From contig JACQBK010000051.1 of NCBI GenBank assembly GCA_016194505.1, positions 1 to 60,165 on the forward strand: 60,165 bases of DNA, given 5' to 3'. Positions 53,230 through 60,165 of this stretch are shown in pieces (the first letter of the stretch is position 1; the number at the start of each line of letters is the position of its first letter). The translations under genes and the position numbers were made by a program. The notes beneath the pieces are model-generated. The model was given only the letters and a program-made list of their open reading frames with translations, did no database searches and was not told the DNA's origin. This DNA is from Ignavibacteriales bacterium. Its GTDB lineage: Bacteria; Bacteroidota; Ignavibacteria; UBA10030.

Positions 53230-54399
53230 TCAAACTTCAACTATTCCCTTCATCGCTTCAATGCCCGATTCAAGCATTTCGCGTTTTACCAGCAGGCTCA
53301 TGACAATACAAACGGAGTTTTGCAGGTCAAACAAATGTCCGGGGTGGACAAGAATATTCCGCTCCCGCAAGAACTTTAATGCCCACTCTTCATCAGTGCG
53401 GGTATTAGGCAGTTGAAGAATGGCATTCCAACCTCCTTCACAATGAAGCAAGCTCATCGTCGAACCAGAACGAAGTGTACTGACGAGCCATTGATAATTG
53501 CCTCGAACTCTCTCGAGTATTTGCTGTGTAAGGAAGGATGAATCTTTCAACAACAACGGCAGCGCCTGTTGAACAGGCGTTGTTACGGAAAGGTACGTAT
53601 CAGCTATAATTTCAAGCCGCTTGAGCGCTTCTTCCCGCTCTGCCTCAGGACCGCTGACAGCAATCCATGCTAATTTCATTTGAGGGAGTCCAGCCAGCTT
53701 GGAGAGGCCATTCAAAGTAAACGTCAAGACTGTTTCGTCGCTTGCAAAACTTGACGCTCTTCGCTTGTCTTGCTCAAAGCCAAAAGAACCGAAGACCTCA
53801 TCCACAATGAGCGGAAGGTTGCGTTGCCGCGCCAATTCTTCAATGTGCGATCGCTCATGGTGTTTGATAAACGAGCCTGTCGGATTGTTCGGATGAACAA
53901 GAATTATTGCGCGGGTTTCTTTTGTGATGCTCTTTTCAAGCCGCTCGAAATCAATGTGCCACTCGTCATCATACATCAACGAATAATACTGCGGAACAAC
54001 ATCGTTGAGCTGGCAAAGATAATCCAACAGCGGATAGCTTGGTTTGGGAATAAAAATAGAATCCCCTGCGTTACACAGAAGCCGAAACAAAAAGGAATAT
54101 CCTTCGCTTGTGCTTGCGGTAAGGAAAAAATGTTCCACGCTCACAGTAACGCCTTGTTGAAAATACCAATCGGCAATCGCGGTACGTGCGAGCAGAAGTC
54201 CTTTAGGATTGGGCTCATACAACAACGACCGCCGCGTGGCAAGCGCATCAAGCATGCCTTGAGTATTGTACTGAAAACCACAGCGGGTTGGGTTCGATTC
54301 GGTAAGGTCTATAATGTCTTCGCCGCGCTGCTGTTTCTCGTGCAGGAGCGTTGCAAGCGTTGTAGGGCGGGTATTCCAGTTTGTGCGGTCAGAAAACAT
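53230..54399 (-). CDS. Class I/II PLP-dependent aminotransferase
   Basis: The 389-aa product has the aminotransferase fold-type I pattern (ILVHPNNPTG; the PLP-lysine context LNGLSKLAGLPQMKLAW). Substrate is not assignable from sequence alone. Confidence 0.75.
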   Translation of the reverse strand: MFSDRTNWNTRPTTLATLLHEKQQRGEDIIDLTESNPTRCGFQYNTQGMLDALATRRSLLYEPNPKGLLLARTAIADWYFQQGVTVSVEHFFLTASTSEGYSFLFRLLCNAGDSIFIPKPSYPLLDYLCQLNDVVPQYYSLMYDDEWHIDFERLEKSITKETRAIILVHPNNPTGSFIKHHERSHIEELARQRNLPLIVDEVFGSFGFEQDKRRASSFASDETVLTFTLNGLSKLAGLPQMKLAWIAVSGPEAEREEALKRLEIIADTYLSVTTPVQQALPLLLKDSSFLTQQILERVRGNYQWLVSTLRSGSTMSLLHCEGGWNAILQLPNTRTDEEWALKFLRERNILVHPGHLFDLQNSVCIVMSLLVKREMLESGIEAMKGIVEV

Positions 54400-54412
54400 T
54401 TCTCAGTAGCCA

Positions 54413-54630
54413 GGAGTCAGAATCCGGTAGTCAGTAGATAGTAGATAGAATTCAGAAGAAGAAACATCGCAATGAGTGAAGTTAATTGGTGGGTGAAGAT
54501 TTGCTTTTATGCTGGCTATGCCGCTTTACGGCATCTCCCGCTTTTTGGATTCCGTTCATTGAGCGGGATTCCAAAGAACGGAACCGTACAGCGGGACTGG
54601 CTTCTGGATTCTGGATTCTGGATTCTGACT
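54413..54630. repeat. MITE-like intergenic element with terminal inverted repeats and an internal REP-like module
   Basis: AGTCAGAATCC (54415-54425) and its reverse complement GGATTCTGACT (54620-54630) bracket most of the 238-bp intergenic region. Inside are (TGGATTC)x3 at 54605-54625 and a diverged copy of the CCGTACAGCGGGAC hairpin repeat at 54533-54600. Confidence 0.4.
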
Positions 54631-54637
54631 ACTGCTT

Positions 54638-56482
54638 TTACGCCTCTTCCATCACTGCTTTTTTCTTCGACTTTCTGTTGCGCTCGTTATGCTCGAGATA
54701 TTTTTTACGGAGACGGATGGATTGCGGAGTCACCTCAACATACTCGTCATCGCCGATCCATTCGATTGCCTGCTCGAGCGTCAAAATATGCGGTGGTTCC
54801 AGGCGAACGGCTTCGTCCGAACCGGAGGCGCGCATGTTCGTAAGCTGCTTCGTTTTGCACACATTGACAACCATGTCATGTTCGCGGGCATTTTCTCCGA
54901 CGATCATACCGGCATATACCCGTGTTCCCGGCTCAATGAAAAACGTAGAGCGTTCCGAGAGCTTCCACATTCCATAGGCAACAGCCATGCCTTCTTCCAA
55001 CACAATCAACGCTCCTTTGGTGCGGTGCGCAAGCTCTCCTTTAAACGGTTCATAGCCATGAAAATTGTGATGGAGAATGCCGGTTCCCTTGGTTTGCGTC
55101 ATAAATTCCGAGCGGAAGCCGATAAGCCCGCGCGCGGGTACAATGAACTCCAGCCGCGTATTCCCTTGCACCTGCACCATGTTTTTCATCTCGCCCTTGC
55201 GCTGACCAAGGTTTTCGATGGTAACACCGACAAATTCATCCGGAACATCAATGATAACATGTTCCATCGGCTCGCAATGAACATCATCAATCCGTTTATA
55301 GATTACTTCGGGCCGCGAAACTTGAAATTCATATCCCTCGCGCCGCATCGTCTCAATGAGAATTGCCAAATGAAGCTCACCGCGTCCGCTTACTTTGAAA
55401 ACATCGGGTGAGTCGGTTAGCTCAACGCGCAGCGCTACATTGGAGCGTAATTCTTTTGCTAATCGCTCGCCCAAATTGCGCGTGGTAACGTACTTCCCTT
55501 CCTGCCCTGCAAACGGAGAATTGTTGACGATGAAATTCATCGAAAGCGTCGGCTCTTCAATAGAGACGAACGGAAGGGGCGTCGGATCGGCGGCATCGGC
55601 AATTGTTTCGCCGATCTCCACATCCTCCATGCCTGCGAGAGCGATGATATCGCCGGCGCTTGCCTCTGTTACTTCCATGCGCTTTAAGCCTTCGAACGTA
55701 TAAATTTTCGTTACTTTTGCATCTTCCACTTTGCCGTCGCGGTGAACGATTTTCATGGGAGAGCCGAGTTTGATTGTGCCACGGGAAATTCTCCCGATGC
55801 CGAGTCGCCCTAAATAATCGTTGTAATCAATCGTTGTTACCAGCATTTGGAACGGCAAATCCTTTTCACCGGGCGGCGGCGGAACCTTATTGATGATAGC
55901 ATCGAATAACGGTTGAAGGTTTTCGCCTTGGTCCTCCAGCTCGGTCTTGGCAATTCCTTGTTTTGCAATGCAATAGATGGTCGGAAAATCAAGCTGCTGG
56001 TCATTGGCGCCAAGCGAAAGGAATAGCTCAAACACTTCATCGAGCACTTCGTGGGGGCGAGCGTCTTTCCTATCAATCTTGTTGATGACGACAATGGGCT
56101 GGAGATTCAACTCAAGCGATTTTTTGAGGACAAATTTTGTGCCCGGCAACGGTCCCTCGGCGGCATCTACCAACAGCAATACACCATCAACCATTTTGAG
56201 GGTGCGTTCGACTTCGCCCGCAAAATCCGCGTGACCCGGCGTATCAACAATGTTGATTTTAATGGTTGTCGAGCCGTTTTTGTAAAATACTGCGGTGTTT
56301 TTGGCAAGGATGGTAATGCCCCGTTCACGCTCAAGGTCATTGGAGTCCATCACGCGCGTAACCATTTCTTGATTAGCGCGGAACGTTCCCGTCTGGCGGA
56401 GCATGTAATCTACCAACGTGGTCTTTCCATGGTCAACGTGGGCAATAATGGCAATATTTCGAATATCGTCTCTACGCTTCAT
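54638..56482 (-). CDS. typA: Translational GTPase TypA/BipA
   Basis: The 614-aa product starts [25 protein letters not shown] (G1), followed by DTPGHADF (G3) and NKID (G4). The EF-G-like domain order and C-terminus are BipA-specific. Confidence 0.95.
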   Translation of the reverse strand: MKRRDDIRNIAIIAHVDHGKTTLVDYMLRQTGTFRANQEMVTRVMDSNDLERERGITILAKNTAVFYKNGSTTIKINIVDTPGHADFAGEVERTLKMVDGVLLLVDAAEGPLPGTKFVLKKSLELNLQPIVVINKIDRKDARPHEVLDEVFELFLSLGANDQQLDFPTIYCIAKQGIAKTELEDQGENLQPLFDAIINKVPPPPGEKDLPFQMLVTTIDYNDYLGRLGIGRISRGTIKLGSPMKIVHRDGKVEDAKVTKIYTFEGLKRMEVTEASAGDIIALAGMEDVEIGETIADAADPTPLPFVSIEEPTLSMNFIVNNSPFAGQEGKYVTTRNLGERLAKELRSNVALRVELTDSPDVFKVSGRGELHLAILIETMRREGYEFQVSRPEVIYKRIDDVHCEPMEHVIIDVPDEFVGVTIENLGQRKGEMKNMVQVQGNTRLEFIVPARGLIGFRSEFMTQTKGTGILHHNFHGYEPFKGELAHRTKGALIVLEEGMAVAYGMWKLSERSTFFIEPGTRVYAGMIVGENAREHDMVVNVCKTKQLTNMRASGSDEAVRLEPPHILTLEQAIEWIGDDEYVEVTPQSIRLRKKYLEHNERNRKSKKKAVMEEA

Positions 56483-56556
56483 ATACTACTTTCCAGCTTT
56501 CCTGCTTGTTTCCTATCTTTTTATCCGCGTTCATCGGCGAGTATCTGTGAGTATCT

Positions 56557-56619
56557 CCGCCACCATGCCTGCGGCAGGCAGGAAGGCGGACCCCGTTGAA
56601 CGGGGCAAGTTGCGCCAAA
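56557..56619. repeat. REP-like mosaic (family C plus inverted family B units)
   Basis: CCGCCACCATGCCTGCGGCAGGCAGGAAGGCGG (56557-56589) contains the 15-nt palindrome TGCCTGCGGCAGGCA and is related to 58722-58751. 56585-56619 is the inverted copy of 12217-12253. Confidence 0.7.
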
Positions 56620-56733
56620 CACGTGGCACACGCGCCTACAGAATAAAAATGCCTCGTCCCGCTTAGTGCAGTTGAGGCATTACAAAGATACGAAAATTTC
56701 AGCAGAAAACAAAGAGTGTTTAAATAATAACCA

Positions 56734-57744
56734 TCACCCCAGCGGTAAATGAGTTGAATGTACCGTGTCAAGCATGTAATCGTATGTGAAGGTCAGCGTA
56801 GAACTTTCCACCATGTATCCCACATACGGCGTAAGATTGAGGAATCCCCATCCTAAGCGCTTGCTTGCATTGACACCGAACGCGGTTGTTTTCGCTTCAA
56901 AGACACTTCCTGTTTCGAGTTTTTGCGTAAAAAAGCTTGCCGAAATATCAATCGGCAGTTCGCCGCCAAACCATACTGCCGGATTGTGCTGAAGACCGAA
57001 GCCAAAATATTTTACTTTCCCCATCTCACTGCTGATTTCAACTTCCGGAAGATAACGAAGTGTTACCTGCGTGCCGAATATTGTCCCGATACTAAGTTGC
57101 GGTGTTGCAAGCGGGACCATGTTTTTCCCCAAAATCTTTTTATCACCAAGAAGTCCGGTAACGGGAAGGGTGACGTTGGTTGACGGAACGTTGATCGTTT
57201 GAGGTCCCCCGGGCGTATTGACTGTAAACTGCCCGCCCTGAAATTTGATTTTCATGCTATCTCGCTCATCCCCGATAACGGTCGGACCCGAAATGTCGAC
57301 AGAAAAATCTTTTCCGCGTATCTGGTTGATAAGATCGCGGCGCACCTGCTCCTTTTGCGCAGGGGGAAGACTATTATAATTGGGATCGTTTACGCTGGAG
57401 ATTAAATAATTCGCCTGAGAAGAATCGAACTGAAAAATGCCCGATGAGCTGAACCGTTTGTTCTCATCGTTAAAGAGCGTTCCCATGGCAACAACACCAA
57501 ACTCCAAATCAAAACCGAAGACGGAGGCGCTCGGTGCGCGGTGAAACCAGCCGCCGTTGAGATCCGATCCAAAGCCGGAAACAATCGGCCCAACGTATTT
57601 TTTTGCAGCATCGCTTGAAAGAATCTGCAAAATTTGTTGAAGATCTTTGTCTTGCCCGGAAGTTTGCTGGTTCTGTTGATTTTGCCGCGCATAGACTGCG
57701 CTCGCCAGGAAGAAAAATAAGAGCAACGATGAAAAATGTTTCAT
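56734..57744 (-). CDS. Secreted / outer-membrane hypothetical protein
   Basis: The 336-aa product has a signal peptide (LLLFFFLASAVYA) followed by a Q/N-rich linker. Its G/S/T/F-rich alternating composition is consistent with a beta-barrel or beta-rich envelope protein. I cannot assign a family confidently. Confidence 0.5.
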   Translation of the reverse strand: MKHFSSLLLFFFLASAVYARQNQQNQQTSGQDKDLQQILQILSSDAAKKYVGPIVSGFGSDLNGGWFHRAPSASVFGFDLEFGVVAMGTLFNDENKRFSSSGIFQFDSSQANYLISSVNDPNYNSLPPAQKEQVRRDLINQIRGKDFSVDISGPTVIGDERDSMKIKFQGGQFTVNTPGGPQTINVPSTNVTLPVTGLLGDKKILGKNMVPLATPQLSIGTIFGTQVTLRYLPEVEISSEMGKVKYFGFGLQHNPAVWFGGELPIDISASFFTQKLETGSVFEAKTTAFGVNASKRLGWGFLNLTPYVGYMVESSTLTFTYDYMLDTVHSTHLPLG

Positions 57745-57834
57745 AGGGTCCCTTTATAGTTGTGAGGCAAGGTTGTGCAATTTGTTCGGGACAATATACA
57801 CAATATCAAACCAGTGGCAAGTATTGTGCGTCAC

Positions 57835-58506
57835 AGCCATCCGATAGACCCCGTTATCGGGATAAATCAGACAGCTATCTCAACACAAAACCTCTGCGGG
57901 GTTTTGTTGTTACAAGGCGTTGACTTTAATCAACGCCCGAAATGTTGATATGAACACAATTTATCTTATAACGAGGAAATTTCGAGTTCTTCCTTCAAAT
58001 CCTTTGCTTTGTGATGTTCTTTTTGATTGGCAATATATTGACACACTGTCTTAACGGCCTTTGGACTGACGGAAATAATCCCATAGCCATCTTGCCAGTA
58101 CAAAACACGAGTCTTATCGTTTTTCAACGTAACGTGATTAACAAAATGAGATGAGGAATCTTTAAGATGTTTCACAATATCCGCCGGAGCAATTGAGGGA
58201 TGAGATTCAATTAAAATGTGAATATGGTCTTCAGTACCATTGACTGCGAGAATTTCGATCTCAAGTTCTTTGGCTTTAGAAAATAACACTTTATGAAGGG
58301 CGGTCTCTATTTCATTATCAATCATTGGTATACGATTTTTTGTCGTCCAAATATAATGATAAAATAACTCACTATGGGTTCTTTGGCGGTGTTTTGTAAC
58401 CATACTTTGTTATTGTCTTGTAGCCATCCGATAAATCGGATGGCTGTCTCAGCACGAAACCCCTGCGGGGTTTTGTTGTTGCAAGGCGTTAACTTCAGTC
58501 AACGCC
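57835..58506 (-). mobile_element. IS200-like (IS200/IS605 family, tnpA-only) element or RAYT with flanking hairpin modules
   Basis: This ~670-bp unit is a single Y1 HUH transposase gene flanked by ~85-100-bp direct-repeat modules (57835-57937 and 58422-58506). Each module contains the hairpins CAAAACC-n-GGTTTTG and GGCGTT-AC...GT-AACGCC. The size and same-strand subterminal hairpins fit IS200. Confidence 0.65.
57966..58403 (-). CDS. tnpA: Y1 HUH single-strand DNA transposase (IS200-like TnpA / REP-associated tyrosine transposase)
   Basis: The 145-aa product has the HUH motif in EDHIHILIE and the catalytic Tyr helix motif VCQYIANQKEHH (Y-x-x-x-Q). The N-terminal YHYIWTTKNR is typical of the Y1_Tnp family. 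Confidence 0.8.
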   Translation of the reverse strand: MVTKHRQRTHSELFYHYIWTTKNRIPMIDNEIETALHKVLFSKAKELEIEILAVNGTEDHIHILIESHPSIAPADIVKHLKDSSSHFVNHVTLKNDKTRVLYWQDGYGIISVSPKAVKTVCQYIANQKEHHKAKDLKEELEISSL

Positions 58507-58579
58507 TTTGTTCACCGTCAATAGTAAATGAATCCTATCATAATTGCAACTCCACGCATTTTTGATTATTATGTGTACG

Positions 58580-58614
58580 CAATTCCCCGGCATCTTAAAG
58601 ATGCCGGGGAATTG
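58580..58614. repeat. Perfect 15-bp-stem hairpin upstream of tnpA
   Basis: CAATTCCCCGGCATC-TTAAA-GATGCCGGGGAATTG. No U-tract follows on either strand. It may be an IS200-type read-through-blocking hairpin or another REP unit. Confidence 0.6.
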
Positions 58615-58721
58615 GTTGGCACCCTGATTGTCGCGAAAAACTCGTGATGGTCGGGGTGAGGTGTTTTTTCTCCGCACAGACCTTTTGCGCAATTTTGCGT
58701 TTTTTGTTCCGCTTTTTGAAT

Positions 58722-58794
58722 CCCGCCATGCCTGCGGCAGGCTCTTGGGCGGAATCCTTGGAAGCGGGACATCCCGCTGTTTTATAGCGGGACG
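58722..58794. repeat. REP-like mosaic upstream of mfd
   Basis: CCCGCCATGCCTGCGGCAGGCTCTTGGGCGG (a family C unit) is followed by the GCGGGACATCCCGC and GCGGGAC hairpin pieces. It is related to 56557-56589 and 10505-10530. Confidence 0.65.
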
Positions 58795-58815
58795 AATTGA
58801 AAAGCGTTTGACGAT

Positions 58816-60165
58816 ATGATTGAAACGATAAAAAAGAAGATTTTTGAATCAGCGCCATTTGTTCGATTAGCGGACAATGCCGCTGGTTTGAAGATTGGAG
58901 ATAAAGCCCAGGTTCGCGGCTTGAGCGGCTCCTTGATGGCATTTGCGGCTTCGCTCCTGTATGAAGAAGGCAAACGTCAGGTCGTGCTTGTCGTGCCGGA
59001 AAGCGACCGCGCAGAAAAACTCCGTGACGATTGTTCCCTCCTCGTAGGAGAACAGAATGTTCGTTTATGTACACGCGGGGCGGACACGCGGGCTACATTG
59101 CTTGACATGACAAGCCCCATCGCACAAGTGGAAACCTTGCGTTCGCTTTCGCGGTCAGAAAATATTTTGGTGATTACTTCCGCGGAGGGATTGGTTCAGC
59201 GGGTGCTTGCGCCAAGCACTTTTCAGCAACGGAGCTTTGAAATCAGCGTTGGCATGGAGCAATCATTCGAAGGCTTGTTGAAAAAACTTGCCGAACTCGG
59301 ATTCGAGCGAAAAGATTTTGTTGAAGAGTACGGGGACTTTGCAGTGCGGGGCGGCATTTTGGATATCTATCCTTTTGTCGGCAACCATCCCGTGCGGATG
59401 GAATTTTGGGGCGATTCGGTGGAATCTATACGAGAGTTCGATGTTCTTTCTCAACGCTCGATACGAGAATTGCAAACTGCCAATATCGTTGCCAGCCTCA
59501 CCAATGATTGCTCAGATTTCGCAGATTCAGCGCAGATTGCAGATGGCGCAGATTTAAAGGCATCTCTGTTCGATTACCTTAAGGAGGACGCGTTGCTGTT
59601 CTTTGACGAGCCAGCGTTGATACAAAAAGAAATTGATGAGTTATTCCATGAGGGCGCACAAAATATTTTCGAGTGGTCCGCATTGGAACAATTGTCAAAT
59701 AAGTTTCCACGCATCATTCATTCGACATTTGAGAGTAACCATTCACCACTCATTAATTTTCTCAGCGCACCTCAGCCGCCTATCAATGGCAGTATTAAAG
59801 TGTTGGTGCGGCATCTTAAAGAACTTGCAAAACAAGACTACAAGCTCTATCTCGCCTGCGACACAAAAGAAGAAGGAAGTCGGCTCAAAGAATTGGTCGA
59901 GGAAGAACTAACGGGCCCAGAACCTGAGCAATCCATTGCGCAAAACGATGATGATGGTCCTTCGAACGACCTCTCAACCGATGTGCTCACCGAAAACAAT
60001 CTTGAAACCCCCATCATTCAAACCTCGCAACTGCCAACCGATTATCAATTCGTGTTTGAGGCGATTCATTCGGGATTCATTTATCAGCCGGCGAAGATTG
60101 CCCTTTTCACGGAGCATGAAATTTTCGGGCGATTGAAACGCCGCGGCTCCGGGCGGAAAACAAGA
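58816..60165 (+). CDS. mfd: Transcription-repair coupling factor Mfd, N-terminal part (runs off the window end)
   Basis: The frame is open from the ATG at 58816 to the window edge (450 codons, translated by hand; not in the ORF track because it is incomplete). It has the UvrB-homology-module motifs GDFAVRGGILDIYPF...PVRMEFWGDSVESIREFDVLSQRS, and later LFTEHEIFGR. Confidence 0.85.
   Translation, partial: MIETIKKKIFESAPFVRLADNAAGLKIGDKAQVRGLSGSLMAFAASLLYEEGKRQVVLVVPESDRAEKLRDDCSLLVGEQNVRLCTRGADTRATLLDMTSPIAQVETLRSLSRSENILVITSAEGLVQRVLAPSTFQQRSFEISVGMEQSFEGLLKKLAELGFERKDFVEEYGDFAVRGGILDIYPFVGNHPVRMEFWGDSVESIREFDVLSQRSIRELQTANIVASLTNDCSDFADSAQIADGADLKASLFDYLKEDALLFFDEPALIQKEIDELFHEGAQNIFEWSALEQLSNKFPRIIHSTFESNHSPLINFLSAPQPPINGSIKVLVRHLKELAKQDYKLYLACDTKEEGSRLKELVEEELTGPEPEQSIAQNDDDGPSNDLSTDVLTENNLETPIIQTSQLPTDYQFVFEAIHSGFIYQPAKIALFTEHEIFGRLKRRGSGRKTR

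Overview
This 60.2-kb chromosomal window comes from a bacterium that resembles the FCB superphylum (Ignavibacteria/Bacteroidota-like). The pointers are a T9SS C-terminal sorting domain, an NPCBM-GH27 glycosidase and Bacteroidota-type desaturase motifs; this placement is inference from sequence only. All protein genes between 243 and 57744 lie on the minus strand except one small ORF.

Layout:
- 0.2-12 kb: envelope and housekeeping genes. These are a peptidase/TolB-propeller/Omp85 fusion, RNase R, TamB, and split ADP-heptose genes.
- 12-13 kb: an intact tRNA-Leu(CAG) flanked by two decayed tRNA-Leu copies that carry GC-rich hairpin insertions.
- 13.8-24.8 kb: DsbD, a TAT-signal DUF362 protein with a T9SS sorting domain, an aromatic-amino-acid-type PLP decarboxylase, and a galactoside module (SSS symporter, GalK, alpha-galactosidase).
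- 24.9-29 kb: a decaying accessory patch. It holds relics of a hydroxyproline catabolic operon with its GntR regulator, a twin-DTG aspartic protease, and a deletion-disrupted acyl-CoA desaturase.
- 29-50 kb: the most interesting part, a 21-kb same-strand signalling cluster with 4 histidine kinases and 9 receiver domains. It surrounds a sigma-54/NtrC-driven type IV filament-like operon: PilB/GspE ATPase, PilC/GspF platform, three pilin-like proteins with no or minimal leader peptides, and two paralogous double zinc-ribbon proteins. No major pilin, prepilin peptidase, secretin or PilT is visible anywhere in the window.
- 50-60 kb: a GT39 glycosyltransferase, tRNA-Val(TAC) next to a hairpin-expanded tRNA-Val-like copy, an aminotransferase, TypA/BipA, an IS200-like Y1 transposase element, and the 5' part of mfd.

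Several families of GC-rich REP-like hairpin repeats populate the intergenic regions. I found no CRISPR array, rRNA or recognisable phage-defence genes.

All protein calls rest on motifs read from the supplied translations and recalled from memory. No database search was run.
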